DNA of 64,000 nucleotides, from positions 32,001-96,000 of the forward strand of contig CBDCNP010000002.1 of the NCBI GenBank assembly GCA_965219415.1, in the 5' to 3' direction. How positions within the stretch are numbered: position 1 is the first letter of the stretch; each line of letters opens with the position of its first letter. Positions 18,619-30,350 of this stretch are shown here, piece after piece. The stretch comes from Candidatus Marinacidobacterales bacterium (GTDB lineage Bacteria > Acidobacteriota > Vicinamibacteria > Marinacidobacterales > DATDRI01). A model generated the notes under the pieces. That model worked only from the letters and a program-made list of their open reading frames with translations, ran no database searches and was not told where the DNA came from. The position numbers and the translations under genes were made by a program.

Positions 18619-20703
18619 ATGATGATCGGGAAAACGGTCCTGCACTACAAGATTTTGGAAAAACTCGGCCAAGGCGGCATGGGCGAGATCTATCGCGCCA
18701 CCGATCAAAAGCTCGGGCGTGAGGTGGCGCTCAAGGTGCTGCCTTCCGAGATGGCCTCGAGCCCGGAAAGGCTCGACCGGTTTCGGCGAGAAGCCAAAGC
18801 CCTAGCCGCGCTCGATCATCCCGGCATCGTCGGTGTCTTTTCGGTCGAAGAAGCGGACGGGGTTCACTTCCTGACGATGCAGTTAGTCGAAGGCCGGTCG
18901 CTCGATCAGGTCATCCCCAAGGGGGGGCTCCCGCTTGAAGCGCTCCTCAATCATGCGACGGCGCTTGCCGACGCGCTGGCTGCGGCCCATGAAAAAGGAA
19001 TCGTACATCGTGACTTGAAACCTGCGAACGTCATCGTCATGGACGGTGGACGGTTGAAGGTCTTGGACTTCGGCCTTGCCAAGATGTCGGCGCCACAGGA
19101 TGAGGGACTCGCCTACTCGGAGGCACCGACCGACGTTCAGACGCGAGAAGGCGTCGTGATGGGAACGGTTCCGTACATGTCGCCGGAGCAACTTTCTGGC
19201 CGGACGGTCGATCACCGATCGGACATCTTCTCGCTCGGCATCCTTCTTTATGAGATGGCGGCGGGACGGCGACCTTTCGAGGGACGGTCTTCGGTCGAGC
19301 TTGCGTCTTCGATCCTTCGGGATACTCCTCCACCGCTCAGCAAGGCGCGCCCGGAGTTACCGGCGGAGCTCGAGCGGATCCTCTCGCGATGCTTGGAGAA
19401 GGAAGCGGCAAGCCGCTATCAGAGCACCTCGGAACTTCTGGTAGCGTTGGCGGCGCTCGGGCGTGGGGAGGAAGCGAAGCCGTCGACCGATACGGCTCCT
19501 TCGCTACCGACGAGTCCCTCTATTGCGGTACTCCCCTTTCGAAATCAAAGCGGGGACCCCGAGCAGGAGGCCTTCGCTTCCGGCATCACAGAGGACATCA
19601 TCAGCGGGCTCACGCAAAGCAGCTTGCTCTTCGTGATGGCGAGCAGTGCAACCGAACGCTACCGCGATAAGTCCATCGACGTCCGGGAAATCGGTCGGGA
19701 GCTCGAGGCGCGCTACGTCCTGCAAGGAGCCGTCCGGAAGGCCGGCGATCGGCTTCGCGTTTCGGCCCAGCTCATTGACGCGTCGACTGGCATACAGGTG
19801 TGGTCGCAGAAGTACGATCGGAACCTCTCCGCCAGTGACGTCTTCGATGTCCAGGACGAGATCCGCGAGCAAATCGTGGCGACGATCAGCGACGTCCATG
19901 GCGTGGTCTACTCGGCAGGCCTCGATGAGGCCCGGAGTCGCCCCACCGAGAATCTGAGCGCATACGAATGCGTTTATGTGGCGCTAGCCTATGACAAAAA
20001 CCTGAGCGTGGAGAACCACCTCCGTGCTCGCGAGAGCTTAGAGCGTGCGGTCGAGTTGGATCCCGAATACGCGCTGGCCTGGGGTTATCTATCGTGGATC
20101 TACACCGACGAGTACATCTACGGCTTCAATCCCCTACCCGAATCCATGCCCCGGGCGCTCCGGGTCGCCCGTCGCTCCGTCGAGCTCGCTCCGACGAACC
20201 ACATCACGCGCTGGCTGCTGTCGCGCGTCTACTTCTTCCGCCGGGAGCTCAGTCAGTTTTTTGCCGAAGCCGAGAAATCACTCGAGCTCAACTCCAGTGA
20301 AGGTACAACCTTGGGCCTCGTCGGCATGTATACGGCCTTCGGCGGGAAATGGGATCGGGGACTCGCCCTCATGCGTAAGGCCACCGTGCTGAACCCCCAT
20401 TATCCCGGCTACTACCACTTGGTCTTCGGCGCCGCGCACCTTCGCGAAGGCAGGCACGAAGAGGCTCTCCTTGAATACGAGAAGATGGCACTTCCGGGAT
20501 GGTTCCTGGCTCAGATCCCGCTCGTAGCAGTGAACGGGCTCCTCCGCCACGAGAAAGAAACCCAAGCGGCGATGGCCCACCTTCTCGAGCTTCGTCCCGG
20601 TTACAACCTCGAGCAGTGTGCGGAAGACCTCCGCAGGTTCGGATTCCCAGAAGATGTCGTCGAGCCGCTGCTCGCGGGGCTGAAGACGGCGGGGTTGCCC
20701 TAA
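18619..20703 (+). CDS. Ser/Thr kinase fused to TolB-N-like and TPR domains
   Basis: HRDLKPAN, DFG, GTVPYMSPEQ; SIAVLPF; TPR-like helices. Confidence 0.93.
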   Translation: MMIGKTVLHYKILEKLGQGGMGEIYRATDQKLGREVALKVLPSEMASSPERLDRFRREAKALAALDHPGIVGVFSVEEADGVHFLTMQLVEGRSLDQVIPKGGLPLEALLNHATALADALAAAHEKGIVHRDLKPANVIVMDGGRLKVLDFGLAKMSAPQDEGLAYSEAPTDVQTREGVVMGTVPYMSPEQLSGRTVDHRSDIFSLGILLYEMAAGRRPFEGRSSVELASSILRDTPPPLSKARPELPAELERILSRCLEKEAASRYQSTSELLVALAALGRGEEAKPSTDTAPSLPTSPSIAVLPFRNQSGDPEQEAFASGITEDIISGLTQSSLLFVMASSATERYRDKSIDVREIGRELEARYVLQGAVRKAGDRLRVSAQLIDASTGIQVWSQKYDRNLSASDVFDVQDEIREQIVATISDVHGVVYSAGLDEARSRPTENLSAYECVYVALAYDKNLSVENHLRARESLERAVELDPEYALAWGYLSWIYTDEYIYGFNPLPESMPRALRVARRSVELAPTNHITRWLLSRVYFFRRELSQFFAEAEKSLELNSSEGTTLGLVGMYTAFGGKWDRGLALMRKATVLNPHYPGYYHLVFGAAHLREGRHEEALLEYEKMALPGWFLAQIPLVAVNGLLRHEKETQAAMAHLLELRPGYNLEQCAEDLRRFGFPEDVVEPLLAGLKTAGLP

Positions 20704-20715
20704 AGTCTTCGATAG

Positions 20716-21505
20716 TTAGTCCAGCCGCTCGATGGCATCGCCCTTTCTCACGATCCCTTCCACCAAAACGGCGCCGTACACGCCCGCCTTGCCGTCGTGG
20801 GCTTTGGCCACTTTACGCAGGACTTCGCCGTTCGATTCACCGGTGTCGGGATCCAATGTGATCATCTTGCAGCGCGGGTCGCGCTCGAGAACCGAGAGTA
20901 CTGCCTTCGACCCGATTCGAAGCGAGTGTCCGATGAAAGTATCCTCGCCGAAACCGTCGGCGGATTGTAGGTCCACATAGATGTTGGCGCGGAAACGCCG
21001 CTGGTCGATCTCGGTCCCGACCTCTTCACCGAGCTGCCGTGCCGTTTGAACTGCAAACATCGAGACGGGCCGGCAATCTGTCATCGCCCGATCCGACCGT
21101 GATAGGGTGAGCTGGTGCTTGTCACCCAACCCGTCTCGCAGCTTTTGGATCAGCGCGTCGTCGTCGATCGCTAGTGCGTCTCCAGACGGTGTCTCGACCT
21201 CCACCATGAAATCTGTCGGCCCGGCGAACACGGGCGTGACGCCCGGAGCTATGCCCTCCGCGTCTGCCAGATTGCCGGGCCGCAAGACGTTGGTCGCACC
21301 TCGGAACCGTGGGCGATAGCGAATCATCTCGCTCTGCTCGCGACCCGTGAACCACGGGAATCCCTTGGGGGCGGCCGAGCTCCTGAAGGCGAACTGGCGG
21401 TCGCCGTAGAATCCGGAGAATCCCATGAACGCCTTCCAACTCCTCGCCGCACATGTTTTTCACCGGATAACGCCAGAGACTTTGGACTTTGCCGATTGTA
21501 CTCAT
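20716..21505 (-). CDS. MOSC-domain protein; frameshift near 21430
   Basis: LWRYPVK (ORF 21122..21505) joins GDRQFA, RRFRANI and RCKMI (ORF 20716..21426). Confidence 0.85.
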
Positions 21506-21612
21506 AGCGATCGCGTCCTTTCTAGAGTAGGGCGCCCTCCTCCTTTTTTGGGGCCCATCATGTTCTATTCGTCCTTTGCTACAAGGTCAGTTCTTGTTAC
21601 CATCCGACGCCT

Positions 21613-23316
21613 ATGAAGGGAGTTCATAACATGCATCGACAGATCCGTACACGGCTGTTGTGGGGAATGTGTATCGCGCTCGGATTCACTTTCTGTGCAC
21701 CGATCGAGGATGCTTCCATGGAACCCCGTGGGGACTATGACGATCTCGTGGAGCTGTTCCTCGAGTTTCGTGAGCTGCAGGAAGTCAAAATCACGGACTG
21801 GGTTCCCGATTACACCTCCGCCGCCATGGACGTTCAGCGTCGCGGCCTATTGGATTTTATGCGTCGGCTGAAAGCTATCGATACCACCGATTGGCCGATA
21901 GACCAGAAAGTCGAGTATCACCTGGTGCGCTCGGAAATGAACGGGCTTGATTTTTACCTTCGAATCCTCAAACCGTGGTCGCGAGACCCCGGATTCTACC
22001 TTCAGACACAGGACGGCGGCGGCCCTGCCCGAGCCGGGCATCTTAGGGTCCGCGAAATGCCTATTCCTAAAGAGGACTTGGACGAAACACGAGCGAAGCT
22101 CAAGGCACTACCCACCATCCTAGAGCAGGCGAAAACAAATCTAACCGAGGGTGCGGGCGATTTGGCCTATTCGGCCCTTCATTACATGGACGCGGAGATT
22201 GGGTACCACCAAATGCTCCGCGATGCCATTGCAGAGCATCACCCGGAGCTCCTGGAGGATGCGGATGCAGCACTTACCTCGGTCATAAGTTACGGCAAAT
22301 GGCTCAAAGAGAACGAAAACCACATGACCGCCCCGGCCGGCGTGGGGAAGGAAAACTACAACTGGTGGATGAAGAACGTTCAGCTCGTACCCTACACCTG
22401 GGACGAGCTACACGACATCATCATGCGGGAAGACGATCGCCTCCTTACGACGATCGCCCTCGAGCGGAACCGCAACAGGCATCTACCGGAGTTGGCGCCG
22501 GTACCTACCCAGGCCGAGCACACTCGCCGCCGTGACGAGGCCCTGCAATTTGCCATGGAATTTATGGTGGAGCAGGACCTCTTCGACATTCCCGAATGGG
22601 CCGATGTGGACGAGTATCTTGGAAGAAGGCCGTTGGCGGGACAGCGGTGGGGCTACTATTTTGTGAATCGGTATGTAGGTTCCGGCGAAACGGGCGAATG
22701 GCCCGGCGTGCGGGATTTTTTCCATCAGACCGCGGACCGCGAACCACTCCCTGAACAAACACACGAGTTCATTGGTCACTATTTCGACCACGGTCGAAGC
22801 GCACGGGACAAAAACCCCATCCGCGGCACCGACCGGTTTTATGCGATCGACATGATCCGAATGGAGGGATGGGCGTTCTGGCTCGAAGAAATGATGATGC
22901 ACGCAGGGTATCTCGATACCCGTTCCGCCAGGGCGCGTGAAATCCCATACTGGCAGGCGGCCTTTCGTACCTGCCGCGCCATCGCCGACCTGAAGATGCA
23001 CAGCAATGAATTTTCACTTCAAGAAGCGATCGATTACGCCGTCGGCTGCGCCCCCAATGGTTGGCTGATTCCCGGCGGCCCCCATGCTTGGTATGAAATG
23101 CAGACCAACCTTCGCTACGTCGGCTGGCATATGGGAATGGTCATCGGAAAACTCGCCATCAACCACATCATCGCCGAACGGGTTCGACAACTGGGCAACG
23201 ACTTCAGCTATGAAGATTTCTTCGAAGACTTCTTCTCTGCTGGCCTCATCCCGCTCTCCCTCATCCGGTGGCAGATGACCGGTCTCGATGACGAAATGGA
23301 AATTCTGCGGCGATAG
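21613..23316 (+). CDS. DUF885-family secreted protein/lipoprotein
   Basis: Signal peptide; HEFIGH, EGWAFWLEE, RAIADLKMH. Confidence 0.8.
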   Translation: MKGVHNMHRQIRTRLLWGMCIALGFTFCAPIEDASMEPRGDYDDLVELFLEFRELQEVKITDWVPDYTSAAMDVQRRGLLDFMRRLKAIDTTDWPIDQKVEYHLVRSEMNGLDFYLRILKPWSRDPGFYLQTQDGGGPARAGHLRVREMPIPKEDLDETRAKLKALPTILEQAKTNLTEGAGDLAYSALHYMDAEIGYHQMLRDAIAEHHPELLEDADAALTSVISYGKWLKENENHMTAPAGVGKENYNWWMKNVQLVPYTWDELHDIIMREDDRLLTTIALERNRNRHLPELAPVPTQAEHTRRRDEALQFAMEFMVEQDLFDIPEWADVDEYLGRRPLAGQRWGYYFVNRYVGSGETGEWPGVRDFFHQTADREPLPEQTHEFIGHYFDHGRSARDKNPIRGTDRFYAIDMIRMEGWAFWLEEMMMHAGYLDTRSARAREIPYWQAAFRTCRAIADLKMHSNEFSLQEAIDYAVGCAPNGWLIPGGPHAWYEMQTNLRYVGWHMGMVIGKLAINHIIAERVRQLGNDFSYEDFFEDFFSAGLIPLSLIRWQMTGLDDEMEILRR

Positions 23317-23329
23317 AGAGGAGCATTCC

Positions 23330-24358
23330 ATGACGACAACAATCCGCTTGGCCCTCGTCGCCTGGCTCGCAGGCTGCGCAAACCAGGCGCCATCTTCTTC
23401 GGAGCCCGAATTCGAGCACGACATCGCCACAGCCGCTACGCCCTGGACTCACGAGCGTTTTGACGATTCCGAGGACAAGTTCACGTTCGCGATTTTCTCC
23501 GATTTGAATGGTGGAGAACGCGAGCAGGTTTTCGAAATCGCGGTAGCGCAATTGTCTTTCTTGCGCCCGGAGCTCATTGTCAGTCTTGGCGACCTGACCG
23601 ATGGCGGCACCGAGGATCGTGAAAAGCTGACAAGGGAATGGGGCAGCTTCGATCGACGGGCCAACAAGGCCACTGCACCGATCTTTTACGTAGGTGGCAA
23701 CCACGACCTCACCAACTAAACCATGCGGGAATTCTGGGCTGAGCGATACGGCTCCCGGTACTACTATTTTGTCTACAAGAACGTGTTGTTCTTGGTCTTC
23801 GATACGGAAGACTACGCGGCGGACCGAATGTGGGAGATTTACGTGGCTCGCGGCGCATACATCGAAACCCTGCTAGGGGATCACCCGGAAAAAGGCTCAG
23901 AAATGGAGTACTACCATATGCCCGAGCGACTGACCGGGGAGATTGGGACCGATCAATCGACCTATTTTCAAAAAGCCATTGCCGATCACCCAAACGTGCG
24001 TTGGACCCTGTTGTTCATGCACAAACCAGTCTGGCAAAGAGACGACGAACCAGAGTTTTCCGTCATCGAATCGGCTTTATCCGACCGTCCCTACACGGTT
24101 TTCAATGGCCACTTTCACAGCTATTCCCATACCGTCAAGAACAGTCGCGATTACATCATGTTGGGGACTACGGGTGGGGGCCAATCCGCGGAAAGCAACA
24201 TGCCTTTCGATCATGTCACGCTGGTAACGATGACCGACGAGGGCCCCTCGATAGGCAATCTCAAACTGGAAGGAATTCTCGATAAGACCGGCCACATCCC
24301 ATTGGACGGCGACAGCCAGTGCTTTCAGACGTCCGAGTGTGCCGCAGGGGGCCAGTAG
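23330..24358 (+). pseudogene. calcineurin-like metallophosphoesterase lipoprotein with in-frame TAA at 23717-23719
   Basis: LAGC lipobox, SDLNG, GDL, GNHD, then same-frame ORF 23723..24358 with MHKP and GHFH. Confidence 0.85.
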
Positions 24359-24476
24359 CAACCGAGAACCGCTTCTCCGATTTTCGATTTGTCACGGGCG
24401 CAGTCTTCACTTATTCTTCTGCGAACGACCGCCTAAATCCCTCAGCCCCCGACTCACTCGCGGTCGAAGAGGTCAA

Positions 24477-25094
24477 ATGGAAAGAGCCACGACAATACGG
24501 CTGGGGCTCCTCGTTTCCCTCCTATCGACGGTGCCTGCTAGGCCCGGCGCGGCGACGCCAAAAGAAGAGACTTGGATCCTCGTCGAGAGCCCCCATTTCA
24601 CAGTGGCGAGCAATGCGGGTGAAAAATGGGCTCGGCCGGTGGCAGCCGAATTCGAGAGAATCCGTGCCGTGTTCTTGAGCGCACTCGCGAACGCCGAGGA
24701 GGACCCTTACCAGCCCATCATCATCTTGGCAGTCAAGGGTGAGAAATCATACCTCGAGCTGCTACCAGAGTATTGGGAAACGGAAGGCCCGCGGCCGGCC
24801 GGAGTATTCCTGCAGGGAGCGGACAAACACTTCATGGCCCTACGCCTCGACGGGCGAAGAGGATTGCGCGCGGAGCTGATATACCACGAGTACTTCCACC
24901 TGTTGGCCGCGGTCAACTTTAGGTTGGTCCCGATTTGGGTCGCGGAGGGTAAGGCGGAGTTCTGGGGAAACACTGTCATTCGAGGCACGAAGGTGGAAAT
25001 GGGATTGCCGAACCAGAATTACATTCGGTATCTCGAGCGCCGGAGACTCATCCCCCTCGAGGAGCTCTTCGCTGTCGAAGATGACCCTCATCGA
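24477..25094 (+). pseudogene. 5' part of a secreted zincin-like (DUF1570-like) + TPR protein, cut by IS256
   Basis: Signal peptide, SPHFTV, YHEYFH, WVAEGKAE; ends at the IS terminal repeat. Confidence 0.8.
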
Positions 25095-26463
25095 GGATCC
25101 GTCCCGCTTCCCGTGGAAATAAGAATGGCGTAACCTCCGGTTAAGCAAAACGAAACCGCGCCTGGAAAGGCGAGGAGGAGGATTACGCCATGAAGAAGCC
25201 TTACCACCATATTGAAGGAGTCTGTAAGCGAGTACCGGGAGTTCGTCCAACTTCGGCTGCGTATGCGGGTACTGGAGGCGATCGAGGTTGTGCTCGAGGA
25301 AGAAGTCGACCAAGCGCTGGGGTGTTGTAGCTACGAGCGTGCGGAAGACCGCCGTGGATATCGCAACGGAGCCGAAACCCGTCGCGTGACGACGTCGGTG
25401 GGAACTCGCGAGCTCCGGGTGCCACGAGCCCGCGTGCGAGACGAGGAAACGGGAGAAACGACAGAGTTCAGGAGCGAGCTGTTGCCCCGGTACGCGCGCC
25501 GGACTCGTGAGGTCGACGAGGCGCTCTTGGGGACGTACTTGTCGGGCACAAATAGCCGCCGGGTCCGCAAAGCGCTGAAACCACTGCTCGGTGAGGAGCA
25601 CCTATCGAAGAGCGCGGTGTCTCGCGTGGTTAGCCGGCTGAAGGAGCGCTTCGAGGAATGGCAGAACCGTGCTCTCAGCGAGGAGGTCTACGCGATCGTT
25701 TACCTGGACGGCTTCCACCTGAAAGTGCGGATGGCGAAACGTGTGATCAGCGTACCCGTACTGGCCGCGCTCGGGGTCGCGCCAGACGGGCACAAACGTC
25801 TGTTGTCATTGCGTCTGGCGGTGAGCGAAGCCTCGACGCATTGGGGCTCCGTGCTGGAGGGACTCCAGGCTCGAGGACTCCGGGCTCCCAAGCTAGTGAT
25901 CAGCGACGGCCACAAGGGGCTGACGAAAGCGCTGGAGAAGTGGCCGGGGTGCCGGTTGCAGCGATGTACCGAGCACAAGCGCGCCAACTTGCTCCAACAT
26001 TGCCCGGCGCACGCACGCCGTGAGCTCCGGCGTGACTACAACCGGATCGTCTACGTCAAGAACGGGTTCGATGCTCGCAAAGCCTATGACGAGCTCGTCG
26101 CCAAGTGGACGCCTCTCGCGCCGGCCGTCGTCCGAAACCTAGAGGAGGCCGGTAATCAGCTGCTGACCTTCTACGAATTCCCTCGTGCCATGTGGAAATC
26201 GTTTCGAACGACCAAAGCTCTGGAGAATCTCAACCGCGAGTTTCGACGCCGGACGAAAACCCAAAGCGTCGTTCTCCAGCGAGGAGTCTGCGGTCGCTTT
26301 GCTGTTTGGGCTTATCGCCTCTGGCCAGATTCAACTACGACGCATCGACGGCTACCAACGTCTGAGCGAGGTTCTCGAACACGCGAAGGTTGCCGCCTGA
26401 TATGATACTCTGATGACGGAGTGGAGGGCGCCGTTCTTTTTCCACGGACCTCGGGACACATCC
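25095..26463 (+). mobile_element. IS256-family insertion sequence
   Basis: Imperfect terminal IRs GGATCCGTCCCGCTTCCCGTGGAAATAAGAATGGCG and (reverse complement of right end) GGATGTGTCCCGAGGTCCGTGGAAAAAGAACGGCG; no target duplication seen. Confidence 0.85.
25190..26400 (+). CDS. IS256/Mutator DDE transposase; frameshifts near both ends
   Basis: GYRNG, VPRAR, YLDG, ISDGHKGL, QRCxxHK, LENLNREFRRR; GGAGG before ATG 25190. Confidence 0.9.
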
Positions 26464-27500
26464 ACAAAATGGATACACCGGTCGACGTGGACGAGAAGGC
26501 GTTTACCGTCCGGGAGATTACTCCGGCCGAGTCGCTAGCCCTCCGAGGCAACTTTCTTGCTCATGGCACCAGACCCCTCAACGCAGTGCCGCTGTTGGAG
26601 GAAGCTCTGAGATTGGACCCGACTTCGACGATCGCCCACGAGAACATGGGCTACCTCCGTTTTCGCCTAGACGAACCAGAAGAAGCGGCGCGGTGGTTCG
26701 AGAAGGCGGTCGACCTCAACTCTGAAAGCTTCCTCTCGCATTACTACATGGCGATGCTGGCGGAGGGATTCGACGAGTTGGAAGCCAACGGTCGGGCCGA
26801 GAAAGCGTTGCGGAAATCCATCGAGCTAAATCCTCGGTTCGCTCCGGCCTATGCGGCGTTGGCAAACGACTATTTGCAGCGTCAAGAGAATCAGGACGAG
26901 GCCCTACAGCTTGCGCTCAAGGCACGCGAGCTCGAGCCCGCGAATCCTTCTAACTGGCTCACCGTGGGGTCGGCGCTCCTTGCCTTGGAACGTTTGGGTG
27001 AAGCGAACGCGGTTGGCGAGCGCGCTCTCTCGGCGTCGAAAACCGCCGAGGCGCGCACTGCGGCAGTGAGTTTCTTGCAGAACGTTAAGGAGTATGCCCA
27101 CTACCTAGCCTCTCGGTACCAGGCGGTCCTCGGCATGGCCGACGTCGAGGAAGGAAGTAACCCGGTGCGAGATGTTAACGGCGACCTGAACTTGGAAGGC
27201 TTGACGCACCGGCTGCGTTGGGTGACAGAGAACACCGCGGAAGTGACGGGACAGTTTTCGGCGTTGGAGTGTATTACCGATCAACGATTCGACGCCGTCA
27301 TTCTTTCTGGAGGGTCGAGATACGTGCTGGGTAGTTTGGGTGGACAGTCACTCAGCATCATGGAGCGCGGACAACACGTCCAAAAGTCCCTTCAGTGTGG
27401 CCCCCAGAGCGGAGAGGTGACCGCTCAGTACATCCCCACCGACGAGGTATCCGCCAGCACGGACGTCAGGGGAACACTACTTTCGCTGGATTTCAAATAA
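26464..27500 (+). pseudogene. 3' TPR-containing part of the IS256-disrupted gene
   Basis: TPR repeats (ALRLDP, AVDLN, SIELNPRFAPAY); reading frame begins inside the IS end. Confidence 0.75.
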
Positions 27501-27530
27501 CTGCGTCGCGCCGGCTTCCCAGGAGGAGTC

Positions 27531-27860
27531 ATGAAACCAAGGTCTCTCTACGTTGCCTTGTGCGTACTAGGCACCGTCTTGCCGTACACTCAGTTCGTTC
27601 CCTTTCTGCGTCAGCACGGTCTCGATCTGGGCTTGTTTTCCGAAACAATTTTTCTCCACCTGGATCGGCGGATTCTTTGGCATGGACGTCATTGTCTCCT
27701 CGCTCGTCCTTTGGGTCTTCGTTCTCGTCGACGGCGACGTCTGACAATGAAACACCTCTGGGCACCGATCGTCGCGAGCCTCACCGTGGGCGTTTCCCTC
27801 GGGCTACCCCTTTTCCTCTACATGCGAGAAGTCCGGCTGGCCCGCTCAGCGTCGGCGTAG
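27531..27860 (+). CDS. DUF2834-like small membrane protein; two compensating frameshifts
   Basis: GTVLPY...; alternate frame FFGMDVIVSSLVLWVF; VGVSLGLPLFLYMRE. Confidence 0.75.
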   Translation: MKPRSLYVALCVLGTVLPYTQFVPFLRQHGLDLGLFSETIFLHLDRRILWHGRHCLLARPLGLRSRRRRRLTMKHLWAPIVASLTVGVSLGLPLFLYMREVRLARSASA

Positions 27861-27971
27861 CTCCTGCGAGCGAGTATCCTCGAGCTGATTCTCTGCCGGT
27901 TGAAATCGGTTGCGAGTACAGAATGAGATCCGCCTCCGTAACTAACGAGCGCACGTAGAGAGGAGAATCAT

Positions 27972-28384
27972 ATGAAGCGAGAATCGGTGAATCCTTGGGA
28001 CTGGGGTCTTAAATGGAGCATGGATCAAGGCGAGATCGTAGAGGGCGCCAGTCGACATCTTCACTGTTCCGGGCAAGTCGCACTCAAACCGGATCCAGAT
28101 GCGGAGCACGGCGTTTCCGTGGTGTCTCCGGGCGAGATCCGAGGGCAGATGGAATCCGCATTGGCCAACATCGATGCGGTATTGACCAAGGCCGGAATGA
28201 ACCGCAAAAACATCGTCGGCCTGCGTTTTTTTCAACCGACATTGATGGATTCCTCGCTAACTACGACGTCTACGCGAGTTGGATCGGTGAGGCGGGGACC
28301 CGACCGCCCCAGTCACTGCTCGGAATCCAGCGGCTTGTGTTTCCTGAGCTCATGGTCAAGATCGAGGCCGATGCGGCCGCATAG
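27972..28384 (+). CDS. RidA/YjgF-family protein; frameshift at T7 run 28226-28232
   Basis: LHCSGQ, ALANIDAVL; alternate frame PELMVKIEADAAA. Confidence 0.8.
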
Positions 28385-28404
28385 AGCAAATTACGGAGGT
28401 CAAC

Positions 28405-28755
28405 ATGATCAACGGTGCGCATTCCATCATCTACAGCAAGAGTCCTGAAGACGACCGGACTTTCCTGCGCGACGTCTTGAAGCTGCCCAACGTGGACGTC
28501 GGAGACGGATGGCTGATCTTTGGATTGCCACCGGCCGAGGTGGCGGTGCATCCATCCGAGAAGAACGACGTGCATGAATTCTACTTGATGTGCGAGGACG
28601 TCGAGGCGCTCATCGCGGAGATGAAACAGCACAAGGTCGAATGTAGTTCGGTGCAGAATCTAGGCTGGGGATTGCTCACACAGGTCACGCTGCCAGGCGG
28701 CGGCAAACTAGGTATCTATCAGCCTCGGCACGCGCGGCCGGAGAGTCTGGCCTGA
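28405..28755 (+). CDS. VOC/glyoxalase-family protein
   Basis: GAHSIIYS, FLRDVL, GWLIF, GWG...LPGGGKLGIYQP. Confidence 0.88.
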   Translation: MINGAHSIIYSKSPEDDRTFLRDVLKLPNVDVGDGWLIFGLPPAEVAVHPSEKNDVHEFYLMCEDVEALIAEMKQHKVECSSVQNLGWGLLTQVTLPGGGKLGIYQPRHARPESLA

Positions 28756-30272
28756 TGAGCCTTTCGCGACGTCGGCTGTTGGCTTTAATGGGAGGAGGCT
28801 TCCTTGCGTCCTGCTCTTCTAATTCAGATTCAATGATGGATTCTCCGTCGTCTGGCGACGCCGATGCCGGAGCACTTCCGTTCGCTAGCCTGAGGGAAGT
28901 CGCACGCTTGATGGAGTCGAAGCGACTCTCACCCGTCGAGCTTACACAAATGATGCTGGACCGGATCGCGGTCGTCGACCGCCGGCTCAAGAGCTACGCA
29001 ACCGTGATGGCCGATCACGCCCTCGCCGCAGCCCGCGCGGCCGAGAAGGAGATTCACGCGGGAAACTACCGCGGACCGCTTCATGGTGTGCCGATCGCAG
29101 TCAAAGATCTCTGTTACACAAAGGGCGTCCGCACAATGGGGGGCCTCGGCGTTTTGGCCGACTTCGTCCCGGACTATGACGCGACGGTGGTGTCGAAGCT
29201 CGAACAAGCGGGTGCGGTTCTGCTGGGTAAGTTGAACCTGACAGAAGGTGCGATGGCGGGGTACCACCCCGATTTCGAAATACCCGTGAACCCTTGGCGG
29301 GATGACTTGTGGGCGGGTGCGTCATCGAGTGGCTCGGGTGTCGCCACCGCCGCCGGTCTGTGCTTTGCCTCTCTCGGCTCAGACACCGGAGGATCCATCC
29401 GTTTTCCCACGATGGCCAACGGAATCGTCGGTCTGAAGCCCACGTACGGCCACGTCAGTCGCTATGGCGTTTTGGCCCTCGCCGCCTCATTGGATCACGT
29501 GGGACCGATGACCCGTCGAGCCGCCGATGCAGCCATTGTTCTGGAGGCGATCGCGGGCTTCGATCCGAACGACCCAACATCGTTGCAAGAACCGGTACCG
29601 AACATGCTCGAGGGTCTCGCCAGCGGCGTAGACGGCGTGCGCATCGGTTTCGATCGGAAGTTTGCCACCGCGGGCATCGACCCCACCCTCGTCGCCTCGA
29701 TCGACGAGGCACTAGCCCAATTGGAACGGTTGGGTGCAGAAGTGCGGGAAGTGGAGCTACCGGAGTGGACAGATGAAGTTCAGCAAGCGTGGTTCACCAT
29801 CTGCGCGTCCGAGGCCCGCTCCGCCCACGAGGCCAACTATCCTTCCCGCGCAAACGAGTACGGAGAGTATCTCCGCGAGTTTCTCGCGCAGGCTGCAGAC
29901 TTGACAGACGCGGACTACGCGGCCGCCACCCAGCTCCGGACCGAATTCAACGGTGGCTTCCGAGCCGCGTTATCGAAGGTGGATGCCATCCCGAGTCCGG
30001 CGGCCGGAATCCCGTTCGCCTTCTCCCAAGAATCGCAACGTGGTGGCATGGACGAATTCGATCGATTGATTGAGAACCTCGAGACGCGTTTCACTTTCCC
30101 GGCCGACTTCGCGGGTACACCCACTCTGTCCCTTCCCTGCGGCTTCACGGAAGACGGCCTGCCACTGACGATTCAGTTCATGGGGCGCCGACTGAGTGAG
30201 CCGATGTTGTGTCGGATCGGCCATAGCTACGAAGAATCGACCGGATGGCACGAGAAGCATCCCGAGGTGTGA
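28755..30272 (+). CDS. amidase with Tat-lipoprotein signal
   Basis: SRRRLL...FLASC; LHGVPIAVKD, GASSSGS, GSDTGGSIR. Confidence 0.92.
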   Translation: MSLSRRRLLALMGGGFLASCSSNSDSMMDSPSSGDADAGALPFASLREVARLMESKRLSPVELTQMMLDRIAVVDRRLKSYATVMADHALAAARAAEKEIHAGNYRGPLHGVPIAVKDLCYTKGVRTMGGLGVLADFVPDYDATVVSKLEQAGAVLLGKLNLTEGAMAGYHPDFEIPVNPWRDDLWAGASSSGSGVATAAGLCFASLGSDTGGSIRFPTMANGIVGLKPTYGHVSRYGVLALAASLDHVGPMTRRAADAAIVLEAIAGFDPNDPTSLQEPVPNMLEGLASGVDGVRIGFDRKFATAGIDPTLVASIDEALAQLERLGAEVREVELPEWTDEVQQAWFTICASEARSAHEANYPSRANEYGEYLREFLAQAADLTDADYAAATQLRTEFNGGFRAALSKVDAIPSPAAGIPFAFSQESQRGGMDEFDRLIENLETRFTFPADFAGTPTLSLPCGFTEDGLPLTIQFMGRRLSEPMLCRIGHSYEESTGWHEKHPEV

Positions 30273-30350
30273 CGTTTTCGCGGTTTTCCCGATTGCTAGA
30301 CCGTCCGCTGCGGTAGAATGAAAGCCGGCTCGTTAAACTGGAGGTCTGCC

